Part shown: positions 1-6,475 of the stretch, in pieces
How the letters are laid out: every line of letters begins with the position of its first letter
Numbering within the stretch: the stretch's first letter is position 1
Virus record (IMG/VR): IMGVR_UViG_3300016484_000060
Location: 1-29,919 of that record
Strand: one strand, 5' to 3'
Origin: a virus
Lineage: Duplodnaviria; Caudoviricetes
Length of the DNA stretch: 29,919 bases
Position numbers and translations under genes: made by a program
Notes under the pieces: model-generated
What the model was told of the DNA's origin: nothing
Database searches by the model: none
The model's input: the letters and a program-made list of their open reading frames with translations, nothing else

Positions 1-12
1 TAGGAGTCGTAA

Positions 13-366
13 ATGAAGCTAACACCTGTAATTTTGAAAGAAATCTACGAAGTGTTAAGCATTTGCGAGCCATTCACCAAATGGAAACTACCCTATGCAG
101 ACGAGATTAAATTTGAGGTCACTCAGGACATGGACTGCATGGGGACTTACCTATATGACGATGGCGGTGATTACGAGCATACTATTACTATTAGTGCTGC
201 CCGTTGCGGTCATCTTGACACAGTTATACGCACTATGGCGCATGAGATGATTCATTGCTCTAGGCATGGAACAGTCACAGACGCTTGGTTAAAGCACGAT
301 AAGACCTTCAGAAGAAGGGCTCACTCAATCGCTACAGAGCTAGGATTTGACCCTTTAGAGCTATAA
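13..366 (+). CDS. SprT-like zinc metalloprotease
   Basis: HExxH motif (AHEMIH) with downstream H in WLKHDKTF; SD AGGAG at 2-6. Confidence 0.7.
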   Translation: MKLTPVILKEIYEVLSICEPFTKWKLPYADEIKFEVTQDMDCMGTYLYDDGGDYEHTITISAARCGHLDTVIRTMAHEMIHCSRHGTVTDAWLKHDKTFRRRAHSIATELGFDPLEL

Positions 367-367
367 C

Positions 368-385
368 TGTTGTAAAAATACAACA
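368..385. promoter_or_regulatory. palindrome TGTTGTA-N4-TACAACA, copy 1
   Basis: perfect 7-bp inverted repeat between convergent genes; same arms recur at 11686-11703. Confidence 0.5.
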
Positions 386-459
386 CTTTCCGATTATCTA
401 TGCAGAATTTATAATTTATAAACTCTCAATTTATATTTGCAAATTGTAAATACAAAAAG

Positions 460-675
460 CTATAAGACCTTAATTATCCCACCTAGGTACATAGCAACCG
501 CTACAGCTTCCACTACAAAGAGAGCGTGGTCTTTTGTACGCAACCCTACCATAGTCCAAAGAAAAGAGCCTGTAAGCCCAAATAATAGGTTTAAAGGGTA
601 TATATTTAGGCTAGTCAATCCTATGCCTAAAAGACACAGAATCGTACCAGCCCATTTATACCCATTTAGCCCCAC
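460..675 (-). CDS. small multi-pass membrane protein (71 aa)
   Basis: three hydrophobic segments; GTG start at 675 overlapping the upstream gene end is more plausible than the track start at 744. Confidence 0.65.
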   Translation of the reverse strand: MGLNGYKWAGTILCLLGIGLTSLNIYPLNLLFGLTGSFLWTMVGLRTKDHALFVVEAVAVAMYLGGIIKVL

Positions 676-896
676 TTGTGAACATCCCCTGTAAAGTCTT
701 TGGGGTACTCCAAGATAGGGTTGGCTAGAGCTTCTTGCATCCAATCAATATAGGTCTGTAGCTCGTCTAACGAGTCGCTAGATGCTTCTGCTCGCCCATG
801 AGCGTATGGTAGCCCATCGACATCAAAAAAAACTTCTCTGAGAGAGTAATAAACTCCCTCATCGGTATCTTCTTTGACTAGCCTAATATTCCACAT
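666..896 (-). CDS. hypothetical phage protein
   Basis: 76-aa acidic ORF tightly packed in the leftward operon. Confidence 0.7.
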   Translation of the reverse strand: MWNIRLVKEDTDEGVYYSLREVFFDVDGLPYAHGRAEASSDSLDELQTYIDWMQEALANPILEYPKDFTGDVHKWG

Positions 897-1013
897 TTAG
901 TGATTCTGTCCTTCTAATGGTTGTTCTACTTCTTTCTTATCCTGTTCAGGTTTCCAATTTTTCATTGTGTGTTCGATTGCTTCTCTAATTTTTTGTAATT
1001 CACTCTCAGGCAT
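897..1013 (-). CDS. small hypothetical protein (38 aa, not in ORF track)
   Basis: MPESELQKIREAIEHTMKNWKPEQDKKEVEQPLEGQNH fills the gap between neighbours almost exactly. Confidence 0.55.
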   Translation of the reverse strand: MPESELQKIREAIEHTMKNWKPEQDKKEVEQPLEGQNH

Positions 1014-1014
1014 A

Positions 1015-1188
1015 TTAAAGTCCATCATCTTCTAAAGTCTCTATTGTGTAAAAAGTCTCTTGGCAGTTAGAGCATTTATGCTTTCTTCTGACAAAATAAG
1101 TGTCATCATCGGTCTTAAACTGTCTAGTATCTAGGCAGTAAGTTTTATATTCTAGCTTATCTTTAGCATAGCACAAATGGCAAATCAT
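1015..1188 (-). CDS. NrdR N-terminal-like zinc ribbon protein
   Basis: CHLC...LDTR...VRRKHKCSNC..TFYTIE resembles the NrdR Zn ribbon pattern; GGAG precedes ATG at 1188; no ATP-cone. Confidence 0.65.
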   Translation of the reverse strand: MICHLCYAKDKLEYKTYCLDTRQFKTDDDTYFVRRKHKCSNCQETFYTIETLEDDGL

Positions 1189-1226
1189 TCCGTCTACTCC
1201 GAAAAAAGTAATAAGGTTCTCAAAAT

Positions 1227-1406
1227 TCATTTCTTTTCACAGTTAAAAACAACTGTGCCGACTCTAAACTGTTTCATTACAGAGCAGTCTGTTTTCACAT
1301 TGTTGTAACTAGAACCAGTACCAATAATATTGCCAATAGCAAATACGACCAATAAAACAATGATATTGTCTTTAATGTAATCCATTATTTTGTTAAAAGT
1401 TTTCAT
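1227..1406 (-). CDS. small membrane-anchored protein
   Basis: hydrophobic IIVLLVVFAIGNIIG plus two Cys; GGGAGA SD before ATG at 1406. Confidence 0.65.
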   Translation of the reverse strand: MKTFNKIMDYIKDNIIVLLVVFAIGNIIGTGSSYNNVKTDCSVMKQFRVGTVVFNCEKK

Positions 1407-1407
1407 G

Positions 1408-1866
1408 TTATCTCCCATACCAAGCTGCTGTAATATCTACAAAGTTATCTGATGTTATCTTCTTGGATTTGCCTACAACATAGCGCTTCTCCTTCCTAGG
1501 CGCTCTAGGCTTTCTTTCTTTTACTCTACGAAGTCCTAGCTCAGTCATACGAGCAAAACGAATCTTATCTCTTTCTGCTCTTTTTCTAATCTGTTCTTCC
1601 CTGAGTGTGTTCTTGTAATCTTCCATGCTAACAGATGGTTCATTACCCAAAGCGTAGACCCTAGACCAAGTGTGCTTTTCTACAACAAAGTCCTTGATAT
1701 AGACCTGTTTCTCTTTGAGTAGATACCGCATATAAGAGCGACAAATATCCTCATGGAGATTCATAATCTCTGTAATCTGTCTGCTAGTCTTTGGTGATTC
1801 CTTGAGCAATAAAATAATTTGCTGAAGTCTTTGTAAAGATTGATTTGTTTTAAAACTAAGTGCCAT
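1408..1866 (-). CDS. putative winged helix-turn-helix DNA-binding protein
   Basis: IILLLKESPKTSRQITEIMNLHEDICRSYMRYL HTH-like pattern followed by a beta wing and basic tail. Confidence 0.55.
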   Translation of the reverse strand: MALSFKTNQSLQRLQQIILLLKESPKTSRQITEIMNLHEDICRSYMRYLLKEKQVYIKDFVVEKHTWSRVYALGNEPSVSMEDYKNTLREEQIRKRAERDKIRFARMTELGLRRVKERKPRAPRKEKRYVVGKSKKITSDNFVDITAAWYGR

Positions 1867-1879
1867 ATAAACCTATCAG

Positions 1880-1941
1880 AAAAAAAGGGCTACTTGCGAG
1901 GTTAGTTGTATTACAGGGTTAAAGGGGACTCGCTTTCGCCC
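1880..1941 (-). ncRNA. structured RNA element, copy A (loop-E-type scaffold, U-tract)
   Basis: GGGC-GAAA-GCGAG-[28 nt]-CUCGC-AAGUA-GCCC-UUUUUUU on the minus strand. Confidence 0.55.
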
Positions 1942-1947
1942 ATATAC

Positions 1948-2100
1948 TTAATAACAATTAGTAGTGCAATTTCCACCTGCATAACAACAGGTCGTACAAG
2001 TAACAATACGACCACCTGATGTAATAGTGTGTGTTGAGCAATTAGCATACACCAAACTTGCTGATGCTGCCAACCATAATCCAATTAAAAGTTTTTTCAT
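1948..2100 (-). CDS. secreted cysteine-rich peptide (50 aa, not in ORF track)
   Basis: MKKLLIGLWLAASASLVYA signal-like N-terminus then NCSTHTITSGGRIVTCTTCCYAGGNCTTNCY with 6 Cys; SD AAGGAG. Confidence 0.8.
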   Translation of the reverse strand: MKKLLIGLWLAASASLVYANCSTHTITSGGRIVTCTTCCYAGGNCTTNCY

Positions 2101-2119
2101 GATTACTCCTTAAAAGGTA

Positions 2120-2204
2120 GGGCTACTCGCTGCGTCTATGGCAAACCTTTGACGGCACACTTCGGTAGTTTGCATGGCTAATCACATAGCATCCGCTTTC
2201 GCCC
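2120..2204 (-). ncRNA. structured RNA element, copy B (same scaffold, longer insert)
   Basis: GGGC-GAAA-GC...GC-GAGUA-GCCC enclosing stems CUAUG/CAUAG and GCAAAC/GUUUGC. Confidence 0.55.
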
Positions 2205-2212
2205 ATTGTTAA

Positions 2213-2452
2213 TTAAAATGGTACATCATCCGATAAATCTGCTACAGGCTTTGCAGCACTTGGCGCAGTCTTTTCTTGTATATCTCGCTCATAAACCCAC
2301 CCATCAAAACTTAATGGTAGGCTTTCAAATTTATACATAGTACCTTTGTCAGTTTCCATCTTGACACCAATCTTGAGGTAGCGAGTCTTTTCTTCGCCCT
2401 GTTTGTTAGTGTAAGTACCAGCTTTTGCTACAAGTTCCTTAGTTATTGCCAT
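2213..2452 (-). CDS. small single-stranded DNA-binding protein-like
   Basis: acidic C-terminal tail DDVPF typical of SSBs; lies after exonuclease and annealase genes. Confidence 0.7.
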   Translation of the reverse strand: MAITKELVAKAGTYTNKQGEEKTRYLKIGVKMETDKGTMYKFESLPLSFDGWVYERDIQEKTAPSAAKPVADLSDDVPF

Positions 2453-3059
2453 CTTTTAAACCCTTTAGTTTAGTTACTGTTTCGTCTACTTCTTGTAAGA
2501 AAGCAGACACTTCTTTCTCAAGATTCGCAATGTATTCATCGTCTCGATTAACTCGGACAACAAACAACTGCAAATCTTCAGGAAGTCTAGGGTCAAATGA
2601 AACAAAATCGCACCAAGCTCTGCCTGTTACTGCCATTTGTGTTTGCATTTGAGGTATATATTTACTAGGCGCTTTGCCTGATAGGATAGTCTCAATGGCT
2701 GTCTTAGAGTTTGGGCATTTAATCTCAATCAACCCATCATCCCCTACAAGACCATCAGGAGAGCAACCAAACATAGCAATAGACGAATGGTCAATAAATC
2801 CTACTTCATCAACTAAGACGCTTTTGTGAGCTTCATAAGCCATGCGAGCTTGAGGTTCAGTATCTGTACCCCATTGCATTGCATCATTCATATAAAGCTC
2901 GGCTTGCTGCCCTGTTAATCTTTCAACAACTAGCTCTGTTAAATAGTTAGCTCTTGAAGCACTAACACCTGTCTTTGTCTTTGCTAGGACATCAGCGACT
3001 CGGCTTGCTGTAACCTTGCCAAGTCTTGCCTTAAACCATTCTTCTGTTCTTTGTTCCAC
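2439..3059 (-). CDS. YqaJ / lambda-exonuclease family recombination nuclease
   Basis: QRTEEWFKARLGKVTAS, WG..TEP.AR, CSPDGLV, IEIKCP and QMQ motifs. Confidence 0.92.
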   Translation of the reverse strand: MEQRTEEWFKARLGKVTASRVADVLAKTKTGVSASRANYLTELVVERLTGQQAELYMNDAMQWGTDTEPQARMAYEAHKSVLVDEVGFIDHSSIAMFGCSPDGLVGDDGLIEIKCPNSKTAIETILSGKAPSKYIPQMQTQMAVTGRAWCDFVSFDPRLPEDLQLFVVRVNRDDEYIANLEKEVSAFLQEVDETVTKLKGLKDGNN

Positions 3060-3145
3060 TATCTACTCCCTATCCATAAAATTAAAGCTACTAAACCTAA
3101 TCCGATTAAAACACCTAGTAGTAAAACAAAACTAATCATCAACAT
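3059..3145 (-). CDS. single-TM micropeptide (26-28 aa, not in ORF track)
   Basis: MLMISFVLLLGVLIGLGLVALILWIGSR; its stop overlaps the exonuclease GTG (TAGTG). Confidence 0.55.
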   Translation of the reverse strand: MLMISFVLLLGVLIGLGLVALILWIGSR

Positions 3146-3314
3146 CTTGCATCTCTTTTAGAATGTCTGCAAGGTTGGTCGCATATTTAGCACACTCTCT
3201 AGCGCAGTTTTCTGCTGTAGCCCACTCGCCTTTGAGACAGTAATTATGCAACATTCTTACTTCTGCTTGCAAGTTAATCCATACATTTGCGTAATCTTTA
3301 TCGTAATCAATCAT
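3132..3314 (-). CDS. hypothetical protein
   Basis: 60 aa, AAGGAG SD, ATGA overlap with upstream ORF. Confidence 0.7.
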   Translation of the reverse strand: MIDYDKDYANVWINLQAEVRMLHNYCLKGEWATAENCARECAKYATNLADILKEMQDVDD

Positions 3315-3535
3315 TTATTTCTCCTTAATACTGTGGATTGGTGTTGTTTCAAAATCTCTAATGGTGCTGCTAATCTCTTAACTGCATTAGATGGGTGGCA
3401 ACACCATTTATCACCCATTTCCTTAATAATCGCTTGTGACTTGGCTAAGTTGTATTCAGGCATAAAGTCATAGACTGCCTTGTGTCTACCAGCTTTCATC
3501 ATTTGTCTAATTAAATTAATATCGTTATCTGTCAT
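3311..3535 (-). CDS. hypothetical protein
   Basis: 74 aa, ATGA-coupled on both sides. Confidence 0.7.
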   Translation of the reverse strand: MTDNDINLIRQMMKAGRHKAVYDFMPEYNLAKSQAIIKEMGDKWCCHPSNAVKRLAAPLEILKQHQSTVLRRNK

Positions 3536-4065
3536 TGCAAGGCTACCTTTCTTTCTTCTTTAGCTTTGTTAATACGAGCTAGAGCATCTTTGTCTTTCTG
3601 TGCGACCTTATAGGCATAGGCAAAGTTCTTTTTAAGCTCATCCATATCCTTAGACAAGATAATCATTTCTTCTAAAGAAACTGTGTCTACAAATGGCTCG
3701 CTAGAATCTAAAGCATCATGCTCAACTATCTCCATTGCTGTAACCCATAAATATCTTCGTGTATATGTTTCTACAGCACCTAAATTTTGAATTGGATGGC
3801 AACCTTTTAATTGAGCATCAGCCATAGGACTTGTAATTTCAATTTTGCTATTGTCATCTACAGATGTAATTGTTAGCGTGGCAAGTTCTTTGCCAAAACT
3901 AATAACCCCACAAAGACCATGCTTGTCAAATAGCTTGTTTATTGTTGGCAAAAAATCACCAAGCTCAAAATATTTATAACCAGCAAATTTATTATGACCT
4001 GATTTTGTAAGCTCAATTCCTTGTAACTCAATACGAGCTTTGTTTAGTTTTGTATATACATTCAT
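3532..4065 (-). CDS. erf: ERF family single-strand annealing protein
   Basis: KSGHNKFAGYKYFELGD and IQNLGAVETYTRRY (ERF GS.xTY.RRY-type motif). Confidence 0.88.
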   Translation of the reverse strand: MNVYTKLNKARIELQGIELTKSGHNKFAGYKYFELGDFLPTINKLFDKHGLCGVISFGKELATLTITSVDDNSKIEITSPMADAQLKGCHPIQNLGAVETYTRRYLWVTAMEIVEHDALDSSEPFVDTVSLEEMIILSKDMDELKKNFAYAYKVAQKDKDALARINKAKEERKVALQ

Positions 4066-4110
4066 GTTTTCTCCTTTAAAAACCCTATTATCAAAAACTA
4101 CTCTTACTTC

Positions 4111-4395
4111 TTACTTACAACCTGTTAGCTCTCGCTCTGCCATAACTTCTAACCAATCTAGGACTTCTGAATAAATAATGCGACCTAGTTGGTGTGTGTC
4201 CTTGTTATACAAAGCATCTTCAATGGCTTCTTTTTTCTTGTAAAGAATCTCATCTTGCAGAGCTTCCATGAAATTGTCGATATTGTCGATTCTGTATTTG
4301 GTATTGAGCAACTCATCTAATTGCTCATGAAAGGCATCTTCTGCCTGACATTGTTGCTGAAATGGTTGTTCTAACCAAGCGTCATAGTTCATCAT
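4111..4395 (-). CDS. hypothetical acidic protein
   Basis: 94 aa, strong AAGGAG SD. Confidence 0.75.
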   Translation of the reverse strand: MMNYDAWLEQPFQQQCQAEDAFHEQLDELLNTKYRIDNIDNFMEALQDEILYKKKEAIEDALYNKDTHQLGRIIYSEVLDWLEVMAERELTGCK

Positions 4396-4402
4396 TTTCT
4401 CC

Positions 4403-4486
4403 TTAACCTAAAAACCCAAAAGCCCACAAAATAACAGGAGTCATCAAGCAAGCACCTAAGAAAACACCACCTAAAATTTCTTTCAT
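4403..4486 (-). CDS. single-TM micropeptide (27 aa, not in ORF track)
   Basis: MKEILGGVFLGACLMTPVILWAFGFLG; preceded by the AAAGGGTTTA motif shared with other early genes. Confidence 0.6.
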   Translation of the reverse strand: MKEILGGVFLGACLMTPVILWAFGFLG

Positions 4487-4495
4487 ATAAACCCT

Positions 4496-4813
4496 TTATT
4501 TTTTAACCCAAATTTGTTTAAAGTTCCTTTTAGCGTTAGTTACACCTTGAAATCTAACCCAAACTTGCTTATGCGTTTCACTACGCTTTTGTTCAAATTC
4601 ATCTTGTTTTTGATTTACATAAGCCATAGCATCATCAAAAGACATAGGCTTTTTATCAATAAAAATTTTAACTTCGTAATTTGGATATTTAACTGGGTCA
4701 GGTCTAGCCCAAATTAATGCGTTATATGCTTCGTAATGAGCTAATTTTGAATTGCGAATTTTGATAGATTCCTTTAACTCACCATCTAAATATTTTTCAA
4801 TTAAATAAGCCAT
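4496..4813 (-). CDS. hypothetical protein, first gene of leftward operon
   Basis: 105 aa, AT-rich; no HTH or S24 peptidase pattern seen. Confidence 0.7.
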   Translation of the reverse strand: MAYLIEKYLDGELKESIKIRNSKLAHYEAYNALIWARPDPVKYPNYEVKIFIDKKPMSFDDAMAYVNQKQDEFEQKRSETHKQVWVRFQGVTNAKRNFKQIWVKK

Positions 4814-4923
4814 TTTTAAACCCTTTCAAAACCTAGTTAATAATTACTGCATACCCTGTATGATGGACTAGAATACTTACACGAAACTTACAAATATCAA
4901 TTATTTTTATAGGTGTTTACCCT
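4814..4923. promoter_or_regulatory. divergent control region
   Basis: strand switch point; direct repeat ACTTACA at 4875 and 4886; imperfect palindrome TAGGTGTTTACCCTA at 4910-4924. Confidence 0.6.
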
Positions 4924-5199
4924 ATGTATGCAAAAAAAGTAGATTTAACTCAAAAAGAGATAGTAGCAGCCCTTAGAAAAATGGAGTGTAGCGTATTCCA
5001 TTTACATACAGTTGGTCAAGGGTGTCCTGATTTATTAGTCGGGATTGACGGAAGAACATACCTTGTAGAAGTCAAAAAAGACGAGAAAGCCAAGTATACA
5101 GATGCTCAGTTAAAATTTATGACTGAATGGCGAGGTGCGCCTGTGGTTCGACTAAATTCTGAGAAAGATGCTATTGCATTTGTAAATTCTGTGATATAA
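4924..5199 (+). CDS. VRR-NUC / PD-(D/E)xK nuclease (resolvase-like)
   Basis: GCPDLLVG...LVEVK...TDAQLKF motifs. Confidence 0.82.
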   Translation: MYAKKVDLTQKEIVAALRKMECSVFHLHTVGQGCPDLLVGIDGRTYLVEVKKDEKAKYTDAQLKFMTEWRGAPVVRLNSEKDAIAFVNSVI

Positions 5200-5202
5200 A
5201 CT
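5174..5202 (+). promoter_or_regulatory. sigma70-like promoter for replication operon
   Basis: TTGCAT (5174-5179), 17-nt spacer, TAAACT (5197-5202). Confidence 0.55.
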
Positions 5203-5209
5203 TACCTTA

Positions 5210-5323
5210 ATCGCTTGGAGGCGATAGAGAGTAAGCCTTAGTCAGCAATCTGCACCTACTCGGTGTCCTCCAACGACAATGCCGCTACATTGTTGAGATT
5301 GCTGTCTAGGGCTTTTGTTTTTT
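5210..5323 (+). ncRNA. structured 5' leader with potential pseudoknot and terminator-like end
   Basis: multiple stems and 7-nt loop complementarity TTGGAGG (5215-5221) / CCTCCAA (5267-5273); U-rich tail just before the SD. Confidence 0.65.
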
Positions 5324-5334
5324 AAGGAGTAAAA

Positions 5335-6117
5335 ATGCCCAATAGATTGCTTAAAGAAGGCATTGTAGATTCGTCTTTGATTGATAATTTATCAGCCGAA
5401 GAAGAAGTATTTTTTTACAGATTGCTAGTAGTATCCGATGATTTTGGTCGCATGGATGCTAGAACAGCTATCTTGAAGTCAAGATGTTTTCCATTAAAAG
5501 AATTTAAAACTGAAAAGATTGATGGCTGGTTGCGGTCACTTGTCAGACATGGGTTAGTCACTATGTATAAAGTTGATGACAAACCATATTTACAAATTCT
5601 TAAATGGGAACAAAGAGTTAGAAGCAAAGGCAAGTATCCATCGCCTGATGGCTCACAACCTATTGACATTGTGCTGACAAATGACAGCGAATTGCTGACA
5701 GATGACGGCTTGGGTAAGGGTTTGGGTAAGGGAAAGGGAATGGGTAATGGGGGTAGCCGAGCTACAAGAATGGCTAATGATTTTCAATTACCTGATTCTT
5801 GGATAGAGTTCTGCAAAGAAAATAGACCTGATTTAGACCCACAAGCTACATTCTTAGAGTTTAAAGACTATTGGATTGCAAAAGCTGGTAAAGATGGTTG
5901 CAAAACCGATTGGGAAGCAACTTGGAGAAATTGGGTTAGAAGGGCATTTAGTAAGCCTGTTGTAAGCAAAAAGTCGGATGATAAGGCTTGGATGTTTAGC
6001 AATCAAGGTATAGAAGCTAAAGCAGTAGAGCTAGGAGTTAATACCTATGGTGTAGCTAACCACCAACAGTTGAAGGACAAGATTTTGCTAGTTATGGCTC
6101 AAAGGAATCTGCAATAG
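5335..6117 (+). CDS. phage replication initiator (lambda O-analogous)
   Basis: N-terminal RLL.VSDDFGR helical domain, central low-complexity repeats, C-terminal FKDYW...DWEATWRNW motif; position at start of rightward operon. Confidence 0.75.
   Translation: MPNRLLKEGIVDSSLIDNLSAEEEVFFYRLLVVSDDFGRMDARTAILKSRCFPLKEFKTEKIDGWLRSLVRHGLVTMYKVDDKPYLQILKWEQRVRSKGKYPSPDGSQPIDIVLTNDSELLTDDGLGKGLGKGKGMGNGGSRATRMANDFQLPDSWIEFCKENRPDLDPQATFLEFKDYWIAKAGKDGCKTDWEATWRNWVRRAFSKPVVSKKSDDKAWMFSNQGIEAKAVELGVNTYGVANHQQLKDKILLVMAQRNLQ
5672..5753 (+). repeat. putative origin: iteron-like repeats plus G-tract array
   Basis: TGCTGACARATGACRGC at 5672 and 5693 (21-nt period); seven G3+ runs at 5712-5753. Confidence 0.55.
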
Positions 6118-6311
6118 TGGATTTATTTGAAGATACAAGCTCTGAGTCATATAGGCATGAGTGCGAAGTTAGATGGGTAGCAACTATGCCACTAGCAGAA
6201 AGAAGAAAGTACCTAATGCTGGTTGATGACAAAAGAGGATTACAAGCAAGACTTAGACTACAGGAAGGGTTAGAAAGATTATGGCAGACAAGAAAGAAGC
6301 AATCGAAATAG
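6117..6311 (+). CDS. hypothetical phage protein
   Basis: 64 aa, TAGTG-coupled to initiator. Confidence 0.7.
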   Translation: MDLFEDTSSESYRHECEVRWVATMPLAERRKYLMLVDDKRGLQARLRLQEGLERLWQTRKKQSK

Positions 6312-6475
6312 CTGATGAGCTACTAGCCAAATACGATTTATTGAGCGTTAAGGCTGCTTTTACTATTCGTGAACTGTTGAAAGAAATAGACCGATTAGAG
6401 GATATTCGTACTTTTTATGCAGAAGAACAGGCTAAATATGCAAAGCCTATGGAGATACAATGGACAGACAAATAG
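6281..6475 (+). CDS. hypothetical coiled-coil protein
   Basis: 64 aa, overlapping neighbours. Confidence 0.6.
   Translation: MADKKEAIEIADELLAKYDLLSVKAAFTIRELLKEIDRLEDIRTFYAEEQAKYAKPMEIQWTDK

Noticed and set aside
2120-2204. tRNA or hammerhead ribozyme reading of the structured element
   Set aside because: No cloverleaf with proper T-arm and acceptor stem; GAAA is present but the CUGANGA hammerhead core is not
1880-2204. CRISPR or TIGR-like array
   Set aside because: Only two units, inserts of unequal length, separated by a gene; no cas or Nop-domain gene and no clear box C/D motifs
4910-4924. Host assignment from the TAGGTGTTTACCCTA motif and gene content
   Set aside because: Reminiscent of freshwater betaproteobacterial phages but not verifiable from the sequence alone
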